Source: an uncultured delta proteobacterium (GTDB lineage: Bacteria; Myxococcota_A; Polyangia; Polyangiales; Polyangiaceae). From it: a stretch of 64,000 bases of DNA. Positions 19,042-28,700 of this stretch are shown piece by piece; the stretch's first letter is position 1; each line of letters starts with the position of its first letter. The translations under genes were made by a program, and so were the position numbers. The stretch lies in NCBI GenBank assembly GCA_963716725.1, contig CAVQUB010000010.1:1-64000 (forward strand), written 5' to 3'. A model generated the notes under the pieces. The model was not told the origin of the DNA and did no database searches. It saw only the letters and a list, made by a program, of their open reading frames with translations.

Positions 19042-19221
19042 GTGCCGGTGCCGGAACAGCGGCTGCTCACGGTGCGGGAGGTGGCGGCCCGGCTCGTGGT
19101 GAGCACCGCCACCATCTACGCCCTCTGCCAGGCGGGCAAGCTCGAGCACGTTCGGGTCGCCAACGCGATCCGCGTGGCTCCCCGGGCTCTCAGCGACTTC
19201 ATCGCGAGGAGGGTTCGGTGA
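19042..19221 (+). CDS. Excisionase-like HTH protein (HTH_17/Xis)
   Basis: LLTVREVAARLVVSTATIYALCQAGKLEHVRV..AIRV; lies next to the att site; start uncertain. Confidence 0.85.
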   Translation: MPVPEQRLLTVREVAARLVVSTATIYALCQAGKLEHVRVANAIRVAPRALSDFIARRVR

Positions 19222-19254
19222 TGCACCGACCAACCCGGCGAGGATCCTGCGCGC

Positions 19255-19379
19255 TTTGGTGCGGGACAGGTGCGGTCGCGGTGCGGGTTTGGTGCACCGG
19301 TTGGTGCCCACCTCGGTGCACCGAACCGCCAACCAACACGCCACCAACTCAGCACCACCGACATCACCAAACCCGCACC
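19255..19379. repeat. GGTGC-rich segment with a perfect 15-bp inverted repeat (19280-19294 / 19365-19379)
   Basis: GGTGCGGGTTTGGTG ... CACCAAACCCGCACC plus many GGTGC/GCACC units. Confidence 0.8.
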
Positions 19380-19408
19380 ACGTCCGGTCGCAGAAAGGGC
19401 ATGACGTC

Positions 19409-19828
19409 ATGAAGCCAGAGACGATTCGCAAGATCCTGAGCGCGCTCCTGTCTTTCCAGGAGCCGTGCACCAGCGAGCAGCTGGCGCTCAAGGTGTACGG
19501 CGACTCCAAGGCGTGGGGTCGATCCCGGAAGATCGTGGCCTCGGCTGCCGGCGTCGCCGGGCGCCTGCGCGCGAGGGCTCTCGTCGGGCGGATCGGCGGT
19601 CGCTGGTACGTCACCGAGTCCGGCAGGGCCTACCTGGTTCAGGCACAGGTTCCGAGGGCTCCCCTGGTGGTCCAGCGCGCTGACCCGATCGGGGCCGCAC
19701 CGCGCCCCACGCCGGGGTGGTTGCGCTGGCCGGCGGCGCCGGGCGGCCTCCTCTGGTTCGACGGCGCCAGCTGGTGGTGGCCGGACGGCCGGGGGCGGTG
19801 GTGGCCATGGGTCTCGCAGGCGCGGTGA
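19409..19828 (+). CDS. Small winged-HTH-like protein with a Trp-rich C-terminus
   Basis: CTSEQLALKVYG...RLRARALV...WYVTESGRAYL pattern; AGAAAGGG upstream. Confidence 0.6.
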   Translation: MKPETIRKILSALLSFQEPCTSEQLALKVYGDSKAWGRSRKIVASAAGVAGRLRARALVGRIGGRWYVTESGRAYLVQAQVPRAPLVVQRADPIGAAPRPTPGWLRWPAAPGGLLWFDGASWWWPDGRGRWWPWVSQAR

Positions 19829-19873
19829 AGCCTGCGCTCGAAACAGACGTGGGGGGATCAAGGAGAAGAGAAA

Positions 19874-20152
19874 ATGAAGCAGTTGGAAGTGTTCGTGGAC
19901 GAGTCTCTCAGTGTGTTCGGTGGGCCGGGCAGCAGGGTGTTCTGGGCAGCCGCGGAGGAGGAAGAGCAAGAAGCAGAGAGCGAAGACGATGAGGACGAAG
20001 ACCTCGACGAAGACGTCGACGGCGAGGACCTCGACGACGAGGACGACGAGGACGACGAGGACGACGAGGACGACGAGGACGACGAGGACGACGACGACGA
20101 CGAGGACGACGATGAGGACGACGACGACGACGACGACGACGACGAGGAATGA
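19874..20152 (+). CDS. Hyper-acidic small protein (92 aa) with a ~65-residue D/E tail
   Basis: AGGAG RBS; tail encoded by GAC/GAG triplet repeats including (GACGACGAG)n. Confidence 0.65.
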   Translation: MKQLEVFVDESLSVFGGPGSRVFWAAAEEEEQEAESEDDEDEDLDEDVDGEDLDDEDDEDDEDDEDDEDDEDDDDDEDDDEDDDDDDDDDEE

Positions 20153-20216
20153 AGCAGTGGTGCAGGGACTCCTGGCGTGACGGTGGCAGACTGGGCCGTC
20201 ACGTCAGGGCCGGCGC

Positions 20217-20687
20217 TCAACTCCGCCGCTTGTGGCTGCGCTCTCCGGCCTTCGGGCTCACTCGGCGCGGCCGGGTGAGCTTGGTTCCGCGCTCGTAGAG
20301 AATGGTGATCGAACCGTCGAGTTCGAGTCGAGCGATGAGGGGGGCATCCCGGACGCGAAGCACCCTTCGGATCACCGGCAGAGCCTCTACGATGCGGGTC
20401 GCGTGCTCGGGGCCGGTGGCCTCGCCGAGCATGAAGACAGCCGTTCCCGCGCTCAAGAGGGCGGCAAGCTCGTTCGGTGCGCGGGAAAGACGTCGGTCCT
20501 TCGAGAAGCAGACCCAGCCCTTGGCTCCTGCTTCCGGCAGCCAGTCCGAGTCCTGGGTTCCCTGGGGCAGCATCTCAACCCGTTCAGGACGCTCGATGGC
20601 AGTTCGGAGCGCATCCGGGACGACGTGGCGGCCGAGACACTCGTCCACGAAGAAGACGAACGGTTCATGCAGCCTGCGGCGCGGCAC
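20217..20687 (-). CDS. PIN-like (VapC45-type) toxin
   Basis: FFVDECLGR...DSDWL..AG.KGWVCFSKDRRL...NEL; overlaps the DUF433 gene. Confidence 0.85.
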   Translation of the reverse strand: MPRRRLHEPFVFFVDECLGRHVVPDALRTAIERPERVEMLPQGTQDSDWLPEAGAKGWVCFSKDRRLSRAPNELAALLSAGTAVFMLGEATGPEHATRIVEALPVIRRVLRVRDAPLIARLELDGSITILYERGTKLTRPRRVSPKAGERSHKRRS

Positions 20688-21369
20688 GCAGCGCTTCCTC
20701 GATCATTTCGCCGCGAACGTCGTAGTCGGCTGCCAGTTGTTCGATGGACTCGCCCGCTTCGAATCGGTTGTGGATGTCCACGACCGGAACCGACGTGCCG
20801 GATAGAATTGGCCGTCCGAAGGCCCGTCGGGGATCGAGGACGACGTGCTTCGGGGCGTCCTCCCGCTTGAACAACGGAAACAAGCGAACCGCGCGGCCAG
20901 CACGGTCATATTCGACACGCTCGAGCGACGCATCCAGGACAGCGCGCATGCCGAGTTGGCCTTCGCGGCTGACGTTGATCAGGTGCCCGACGCGCTCAAC
21001 GAACAAATTCACTCCGTCGGTCTTGAAGCGCTCACCCGCGAGCGGATGCGGCACCTCCAGTTTGTCGCGAAGGTAACGGACCGCGTCGCGAATGACCGCG
21101 AGCTTCAGAGAATACCGGCGGCGCATGGCGGCGAGCACGTGCGCCTCGACCACGTTGGTGAAGGTCAAGAATCCGCCGGGGCTCTTCGGGATCTGGATGA
21201 TGGCATGCGACCGGCTGACTCCGGCGCGAGTCGGGAAGGTTCGCCCATGGGTCCACGACCGCAACGTGGACGGGGGCAAGCCGACCAAGCGCGAGGCTTC
21301 GCCAAGGGTGTAAGCGGGTACGTCCTCGGGACGCATTCCACCGTAGATGTCGACTCGACTCCGGGTCAC
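20665..21369 (-). CDS. HTH + DUF433 antitoxin (VapB45-type)
   Basis: PAYTLGEASRLVGLPPSTLRSW; DPRRAFGRPIL.GT.VPV..I...FEAGESIEQLAADY. Confidence 0.88.
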   Translation of the reverse strand: MTRSRVDIYGGMRPEDVPAYTLGEASRLVGLPPSTLRSWTHGRTFPTRAGVSRSHAIIQIPKSPGGFLTFTNVVEAHVLAAMRRRYSLKLAVIRDAVRYLRDKLEVPHPLAGERFKTDGVNLFVERVGHLINVSREGQLGMRAVLDASLERVEYDRAGRAVRLFPLFKREDAPKHVVLDPRRAFGRPILSGTSVPVVDIHNRFEAGESIEQLAADYDVRGEMIEEALRAAPQAA

Positions 21370-21465
21370 CGGGAAAGCATGGATCGCCCGGAGTGTCCGC
21401 GTCCAGCACCCCCGTGCCATCTGGCCGCTTCGTCCGCGATCCGGGCAGTGGCCGCGCTCGTCGCG

Positions 21466-22806
21466 TCACCTCCCGGGCTTCGGGGGGAAGAACAGCTCGA
21501 GCGCGTCCTGAATCGCCAGCTCCGCGTCGTCGAGGCCCCGGTTGCGCTTCAGCGCCTGGCGAACCTTTCGAGAGCGTGCCGCCAGAGCGGGCCGATCTTT
21601 CAGCTTGCCCAAAGCGCGAGCCCACGACCCATCTCCCTTCGGTGACAGGCGCTCGAGGCCGTCCAGCGCACGCGCTCGTATGGCGTCCGGTTCAGTCGTG
21701 TCGAGTGCCACAGCGAGCAGCCCCTCCGCCAACACCTCACGTTGAAGGTCGAACGCACGGTCCTCTACGTGATCCGGACCTGTCACGGGCTCGTGGTGCA
21801 GAAGGTCGCACCAGGTTTTTGCTGGCCACTCCCCCCGCTGCAGCAACGCTCGAGTCAATGGCAAGAGCACCCCGGGACGGTCCTTGCGACCCCAGCCGCG
21901 GCCGCGGAAGAGCCCTCCCTGGAGGATCCAATCGCCGGTCACTGGGCGCAGCACCGACGCGAGATCCGGGGCCGCTCTCACGGCATCCGCGAGCCCCGCC
22001 ACACCACGCGACCGGGTACCTGGGCGATGACAGAGCAATGCCGCGGCGGAGGCCGCGAATGGTCCTTGGAGAGCCAGCTCCAGCGCCTCGACGATGAACG
22101 GGGACACGCTGCGGTCGCTGCCAAACCAGCGGTGGAGCTGCCGGACGAGCTCGGGTTCTTGGAAGAACGCCATCAAGGGGATTGCCTCTATGACCTCCGC
22201 GTCGCGAGGATCGGGGGGACAACCGGCGATCGCGCGCTCGACGACGACGGAGAAGTGAGCGTAGCCGCTCGTCATCGGATCGCGCGGATGCTGCCCGCAT
22301 CCGAAACACGGCCCATCCGGTGGGGCGTAGCTCAGTGGCCCGAGCAGTCGGAACGCGAGATCCGGGTAGTCGGCGAGATGACACGCGACGTGCCAGACGT
22401 CGTGAGTCCCAGCCTGCTGCCTCCACCGATCGAAGGCCATCGGCCAATCGCCTTGGCATGAACGCTGCGGCCAGAGCCCGAGGACGACCTCCAACAGCGT
22501 CGCGTCGTAGCGCGTTGCTTCGCGTCCGAGGCCGCGGGCCCAGAATTTGGATTCCGCGCGGTCCGTCCAGGCGCTCAGCGGTTCGTAGCCCGCGGTCGCC
22601 AAGCGCAGAAGCTCGTGAGCGGATGCTCGCGCTCGCTCGCTTGGGTGGTCGCCCAGCGATGGCCAGGGTGTGACAGAGCCAAAGTGCTCACACCACGCCA
22701 GCGCGGCGGCTTGCTTCTCGCCTGCGCCGCGGAAGCGACGACACAGCTCCTCGGCGGCGGGGGCGGCCGACTCGTGGCACGCCAGGACGTTTTCAACCGT
22801 TTTCAT
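21466..22806 (-). CDS. Hypothetical helical protein (446 aa) translationally coupled to viperin
   Basis: ATGA overlap with the viperin stop at 22803-22806; no recognised domain. Confidence 0.75.
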   Translation of the reverse strand: MKTVENVLACHESAAPAAEELCRRFRGAGEKQAAALAWCEHFGSVTPWPSLGDHPSERARASAHELLRLATAGYEPLSAWTDRAESKFWARGLGREATRYDATLLEVVLGLWPQRSCQGDWPMAFDRWRQQAGTHDVWHVACHLADYPDLAFRLLGPLSYAPPDGPCFGCGQHPRDPMTSGYAHFSVVVERAIAGCPPDPRDAEVIEAIPLMAFFQEPELVRQLHRWFGSDRSVSPFIVEALELALQGPFAASAAALLCHRPGTRSRGVAGLADAVRAAPDLASVLRPVTGDWILQGGLFRGRGWGRKDRPGVLLPLTRALLQRGEWPAKTWCDLLHHEPVTGPDHVEDRAFDLQREVLAEGLLAVALDTTEPDAIRARALDGLERLSPKGDGSWARALGKLKDRPALAARSRKVRQALKRNRGLDDAELAIQDALELFFPPKPGR

Positions 22807-23666
22807 CGGGACCCTCGCGCGAGCTGGTTCGCGTGTACGTCGACGGCGCCGCCGCGCTGCAAGAATGCTTCTCGATTGTAGCCGCCGACTTGTTCGAGCG
22901 CCGCTTCCAGCCCCACGCGGAGGACGGGCTCGCTGACTCGATACTCGTGACGCGACTGCTGGAAGAGGCGCCCAATTGGGTCCACCATCACGTAGGTCTC
23001 ACCGATGACCGCCGCAGTTTCGGGGGCCACCCAAATCCCCAGGTCTGCCAGGCTCGCGCGTCGCGCGACGAACTCGCGAAAAGCCTGTCCAGATACACTG
23101 AGTTCCCGGGCGTCGCCGTCGTTCTCGCCGACAACAGTGCTGAACTGAAGCGGTTTCCACTTGAAAGGGCGCAGCTCGGAGAGCAGTTCGTTCAAGTCCT
23201 CCGTGGGGTTGAGCGCGGTCACGACGGTGTTGATCTTCAGCCGCACGCCGAACTCGTGGGCCAGCGCCGCCCCAGCGCGAACGGATGCGACGTGACTGCC
23301 GACGCGCCGGCGCGACTGGCGGCCGAGGCGCACGAGGACCGAGTCGTCGCGCGAGTCGAGCGTGACCCCGACGAGGTCAAGTAGCGAGATCATCTCGGCG
23401 TTCAAACGAGTCCCGTTGGAGATGATGGAGGTCTGCAGGCCAACGCTGCGCGCGTGGCGAAGCATTCCCGTGAGCTCGGGATGTAGCGTGGGCTCACCTC
23501 CCGAGAAATTGACGCGGCGCACCCCGGCGACGTTGATGAGATCCAGGAGTGCCTGCCAGTCCGCCAACGGGAGGCTCCCAGTCGTCGCTTGGAACGTTGC
23601 GTAACAGTATCTGCAAGCGACGTTGCAGCGTGGCCAGACATGCAGGTTGATGGTTTCGATGGACAT
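22803..23666 (-). CDS. Prokaryotic viperin (antiviral radical SAM enzyme, pVip)
   Basis: INLHVWPRCNVACRYC (CxxxCxxC), NFSGGEP, SIISNG, KINTVV, WKPLQF..V.GEND, YVMVDP.GR, FLQRGG. Confidence 0.9.
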   Translation of the reverse strand: MSIETINLHVWPRCNVACRYCYATFQATTGSLPLADWQALLDLINVAGVRRVNFSGGEPTLHPELTGMLRHARSVGLQTSIISNGTRLNAEMISLLDLVGVTLDSRDDSVLVRLGRQSRRRVGSHVASVRAGAALAHEFGVRLKINTVVTALNPTEDLNELLSELRPFKWKPLQFSTVVGENDGDARELSVSGQAFREFVARRASLADLGIWVAPETAAVIGETYVMVDPIGRLFQQSRHEYRVSEPVLRVGLEAALEQVGGYNREAFLQRGGAVDVHANQLARGSR

Positions 23667-24124
23667 GGACTCGGCTCCGCGGGGCCCCAGGAGGCCGAGA
23701 GCGCGGGCACGCCTGACGCGGTGGATCCGTCGATGCCGCCGTGAGCCCCAAAGCTGCGGCGACGACCGGTCGGTTTACCGGCGTTTCAGGCTGGAATCAC
23801 CCAACCGCGCTATCGCTCGCCTCTTCGGTGACCAGAGTCGCCGCAGGGAACCCCGAGGGGCGCATCCCATTGGAACGAGTGGTTCGAGGATGACACTCTG
23901 ATGGTGGCTGTCAAGGGCGTGAGCGCGGTTGTGCCTGACTGGGCCCAAGTTGGCGACATCGGCCCGGGCGCTACCCGCGCGCCAGCACGAGCTCGCGCAG
24001 CTGGATCAGCACCGGCTCCACTCTCGTAGCCCTCCGGGCCGCGCATCGGGGCCCATGAGCGCGACGGCAGTGATCTCGTCGCCGAAGTCCGGCTCCTTGA
24101 AGCAGGCCTCGTGGCAGGGTCAGT

Positions 24125-25492
24125 TCAGATTACAAATATTTTTTCTTCATTCTTGTACGCGGTGATATCTCCATCGGCGCTGACCTTAACGGCGAGGCCG
24201 ACGCGCGATGCGGCCAGCGCCGCCTTCGTTCGGGCTCCCTCCGAATCGCGCGTCTTGGGTTGACGCTTGGGCTCCAGCACGGCGCCGTAGGCGAGGATGC
24301 GCCCTGTAGCGTCAAGTACGACTGCGCCGTCGATGCCTGCAAGATCAGCTACGACTGCCCTTGGCAGTGAGTAGACGTTGCTAGACTGAACGCAGTCATC
24401 GAGGGCGCGATGAATCTGGCTTCGGTTGGTGTCACTGATACGGTCAGACTTCCGCACGATCTCACCGAGGCACTTGGCACTGCGCAGAATCACAAAGAGA
24501 GCACCAGTCCTTCGGAATGAGACGTCGATCGCCGCGCGGTAGACCGCGTTCGTCACCCTTCCGATCGTCTTGACCGGAACTCGCTTCGTCCTCGCCAGCG
24601 CCTTCAGCACCTCCACCAGGTGGTGGTGATTCCACAGTCGCCACTGACCAAAGCGGCACGAAAAACGCAAGGTTCCCTCATCGATGACGAGCATGTCACC
24701 CTGCCTCGTGAGGGCTAGCCCCAGCGCTCCGCGCGCGATGGTCTCGTGTGCCATGGGTTCGAGCCAGCCAGGGAACCAGTGTCGGCCTCGAACCTGGTCT
24801 TGAGTCAGCGCCACGAGCCCCTTCAGCGCGCCGGATGATTCAAGGAGATAGGCTGTGGCCACGCCGTCGCTCAGCGCCTTGTATCGTTTGGCCGTTCGCG
24901 ATTCAAAGTACTCACCGGGGAACTTGGCGTGCCCCTCTCCGCTGGGGCTGCCGCGCAGCAGCAGGCACCCAAAGGTGAGGGGCTTGTTTTCGTACGTCTC
25001 CGCGGACAACTGTCGAAGTGTCCGGAAGAGTCCTCGGAGGTCAACGCTTCCGGCGAGGCTCCTTTGGAGGTAGTCGGCCACAACGCTTTCGTCGAACAGG
25101 TCCATGATGGCTTCAAGCGCTCGAGACCCGGAACGATCAAACGTCACAGTTTCGCTCGCGAGCCGAGCAATGAGGTCGCAAAGCTCCTTCTCGCGCACGT
25201 CGAGCGTCTTGTCGTGCGAGCCGGAGTGGTGCTTTCCAGTCAGTCTTGAGACGACACCGGAAAAACTCTTCCCGTCGGCGCGGGTTCCGAGTGCAATGAC
25301 CACGCGGACCTCCCGCCTGGTGTTTGATGTGAATGTGGCTCTCGCGGCTTTCCAATCGTCCTCGCGCCACCCGTCGACTGCCACGTGCGGCAGCAGCCGT
25401 TCTACACTTCCGACTGCGCGCTCGAGAAACCGCACACCGTCGGGACCTAGCCGTTCACGAACCCGGCTGTTCTTGCGCAGTAGTTCCGTCAT
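24125..25492 (-). CDS. DisA_N / diadenylate-cyclase (DAC) domain protein with an N-terminal sensor-like region
   Basis: GALFVI...LAGIDGAVVL...AYGAVL...GARTKAA...KVSADGDI; DGA intact, RHR position reads RTK. Confidence 0.8.
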   Translation of the reverse strand: MTELLRKNSRVRERLGPDGVRFLERAVGSVERLLPHVAVDGWREDDWKAARATFTSNTRREVRVVIALGTRADGKSFSGVVSRLTGKHHSGSHDKTLDVREKELCDLIARLASETVTFDRSGSRALEAIMDLFDESVVADYLQRSLAGSVDLRGLFRTLRQLSAETYENKPLTFGCLLLRGSPSGEGHAKFPGEYFESRTAKRYKALSDGVATAYLLESSGALKGLVALTQDQVRGRHWFPGWLEPMAHETIARGALGLALTRQGDMLVIDEGTLRFSCRFGQWRLWNHHHLVEVLKALARTKRVPVKTIGRVTNAVYRAAIDVSFRRTGALFVILRSAKCLGEIVRKSDRISDTNRSQIHRALDDCVQSSNVYSLPRAVVADLAGIDGAVVLDATGRILAYGAVLEPKRQPKTRDSEGARTKAALAASRVGLAVKVSADGDITAYKNEEKIFVI

Positions 25493-25759
25493 CCACCCGT
25501 CCTCCGGCGTGCGCGTTCTGAAGCAGAGAAGTACACCGAGCGGCGCGGGCGCGTCGCGCGGCGGGGCCCAAGCGAATGGCCTCTAGGTTCGTGTGATCAG
25601 CCGGCCGCTGCAACCAAGATTCCGGGATTCCTCTTTCAAGACGCAGATTGGCTTTGAGGGCAACGACAGGCGTTGTCGCTGGCGCTTGGCAACTTGCTCG
25701 ATCCATCTTCGCCCCGGGCCCGAGCCAGGTACACTGCGCGCCGCCGCGTGGTCGCGGAA

Positions 25760-28700
25760 ATGGAAGGGGTGTTTCGCTCCGTGTTCTCGCCTGTTCCCAC
25801 ACCCGGTCAGCTCGTCACCGTTCGCAACCGTCGCTTCGTCGTCATCGGCGTCGAGGCCAGCACGTCTCAGCTCGATCTGTATGCCGAGCTCGCCGTGCAA
25901 AGCGCGCAGCACCTTGTTTCGCTCCAGTCCGTCGAGGACGACGGCGCGGGCGAGGAGCTCGACGTCATCTGGGAGATCGAGCCGGGGACCCAGGTGTACG
26001 AAACGGCGACGTTGCCGGATCCGACGCAGGGTTTCGACGAGCCGGCGCGGCTCGAGGCGTTCCTGGATGCGGTCCGTTGGGGCGCGGTGGCTTCGGCCGA
26101 CGTGCAGCACCTGAGCGCGCCGTTTCGGAGCGGCATCAAGCTCGAGGACTACCAGCTCGACCCCGTTGTGCGCGCGCTCAGCATGCCGCGTGTGAACCTG
26201 CTCATCGCCGACGACGTCGGGCTTGGCAAGACCATCGAGGCGGGGCTCGTCGCCCAGGAACTGCTGCTGCGCCATCGAGCGCGAACCGTGCTCGTGGTTT
26301 GCCCGGCTGGTCTGCAGATCCAGTGGCGCGACCAGATGCGGGAAAAGTTTGGGTTGGAGTTCCGCATCGTCGACAGCGAGCTGATGAAGGAGCTGCGCCG
26401 GCGGCGCGGACTGCACGTGAACCCGTGGACCCACTTCCCGCGGCTGATCACCTCCATGGACTTCATCAAACGGGATCGGCCGCTTCGGCTGATGCGCGAA
26501 GCTCTGCCCGCAGAGGGCATGCCAGCGTTTCCCCGAAGTTTCGACCTCTTAATCGTGGACGAGGCGCACAACGTCGCGCCGGCCGGGCGCGGGAACATCG
26601 CGCTCGACACGCAGCGCACCCAGGCCATTCGCACCGTGGCCAAGCACTTCGAGCACAAGCTGTTCCTCACCGCGACGCCGCACAACGGCTACACCGAGAG
26701 CTTTTCGGCACTGCTCGAGTTGCTCGACGATCAGCGCTTTATCCGCACGGTGCCTCCGGACGAAGCGCAGAAGGCGGCGGTGATGGTGCGCCGGCTCAAG
26801 AAAGAGCTTCCCCCCGACGACCTCGGCCGCCCGCGCTTTCCGAGGCGCTCGCTCGAGGCGCTGGAGGTGGCGTACACCGACGAAGAGAAGCGCATGCACC
26901 ACGTGCTCCAGCGCTACGCTGCAGCGCGACTCGAAGGCGCCGACAGCGGCATCGAGTCGCTGGCCACCGAGTTCGTGGTGAAGCTGCTCAAGAAGCGGCT
27001 GTTCTCGTCGCCGGAAGCGTTCCGCCTGACACTCGAGAAGCATGCGAAGTCGATCCAGGAGGCGCGGTCCCCGACGCGCCGTACGGCTCCGAAGTCCACC
27101 GGCATCCTCCGCAGGGAGATCGAAGCTGCCGAGGAAGAGAACGCTGACGACGGCGCCTACGAGGAGCGCGCCGGCGAGGTGGTTGCGGAGACCACCGCGG
27201 TCTTTCGCGAGCTCTCGGCGAACGAAAAGCAGCTGCTCTCGGAATTGCAGACGTGGGCCGCCCAGGCGGCGGGACGCCCGGACAGCAAGGCCAAGGCGCT
27301 GGTCGCTTGGCTCGAGAAAACGCTGCGGCCCGGCGGCAAGTGGAACGACACGCGCGTCATCGTATTTACGGAGTACCGAGCCACCCAGAACTGGTTGCAG
27401 GAAATTCTCGCGGCGGAGGGGCTCACCAAGGGCGAGCGATTGCTGACCTTGTTTGGAGGCATGCCCACCGAAGACCGAGAGCGCGTGAAGGCCGCGTTCC
27501 AGGCAAGCCCGGACGATTCGAGTGTTCGCATCCTGCTCGCCACCGATGCGGCGAGCGAGGGCATCGACCTTCAGAATCACTGCAATCGTCTCATCCACTA
27601 CGAGATCCCGTGGAACCCCAACCGGCTCGAGCAGCGCAACGGCCGCGTCGATCGCCACGGTCAGAGGCACGACGTGCTGGTGTTCCACTTCGTCGGCCAG
27701 AACTTCGAAGCCAGCGCGGATCCGAAGAAGCACCCCGGGGAGCTCGCAGGCGATCTGGAGTTCCTGATGCGCGCCGCACAAAAGGTGGAGCAAATCCGCG
27801 ATGACCTTGGCAGCGCTGGCGACGTTATCGCGTTGCAGGTCGAAGAAGCCATGCTCGGCAAGCGACAGCGCCTCGACGCCGAGAGCGCGACGGAGCGGGC
27901 TGAGAAGGTGCGCGCAGCACTTCGCACGCCCCTGGAGATCCGCGAGCGAATCATGCGGTTGCTGGAGAAGCTGCGCGAGAGCAAGGCGGAGTTGCGCGTG
28001 TCCGCCGAGCACCTCAAGGCCGTGGTCGATGTCGGACTCGACCTCGCCGGACATTCCCCGTTGCGTCCGGTCGCAATTCCAGCGAGGGGAGAGCGGCCCT
28101 CGCTCACGGCGTACGAGTTGCCTGCACTGGGCGGCACCTGGGCGTCCTGCGCCGAGGGAATTGCGCACCCGTACACCAACGAGATCCGCCCGATCGTCTT
28201 TGATCATGACCTCGCGGCTGACCGCGACGACGTGGTGCTCGCCCACATGGGGCATCGGCTAGTGCAGATGTGCGTGCGCTTGCTTCGGGCCGAGGTTTGG
28301 GCACCGGAAGGCTCGCGCAAGTTGCACCGAGTCTCGGCCACGGTCGTCTCCGACGACCTCCTCGAGCACCCGGCCGTCGTCGTGCACGCGCGGTTGGTGG
28401 TGCTCGGCAGAGACGGCGCGCGCCTGCACGAAGAGATCTTGACGGCTGGCGGTGAGATCAAGGCGGGGCGTTTCGGGCGCCTGAACGTGGGCCAAACCAG
28501 GCAAGTGCTCGACTCCATCGAGCAGAGCCAGCGCCCCGCTCCGCTCGGTGTGCGGCAGCAGTTCGCCAAGCTCTGGGACGAACACTCGAAATCCCTGCTG
28601 GCGGCCATCGAAGCGCGGGAAAAGCAGCGCTCCGACGGACTCGCGAAGCTCCTCGCGGAGCGTGCCGAACGCGAGATCCGGGACCTCACGCACGTCCTGA

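Noticed and set aside
19858..20220. Poly-Ser ORF (minus) and poly-Thr/Arg ORF (plus, 19911-20180)
   Set aside because: Alternative frames of the GAC/GAG repeat; the acidic frame has the clear RBS
23667..24124. Small ORFs or ncRNA between viperin and the DAC gene
   Set aside because: No convincing coding signal or structure seen by eye
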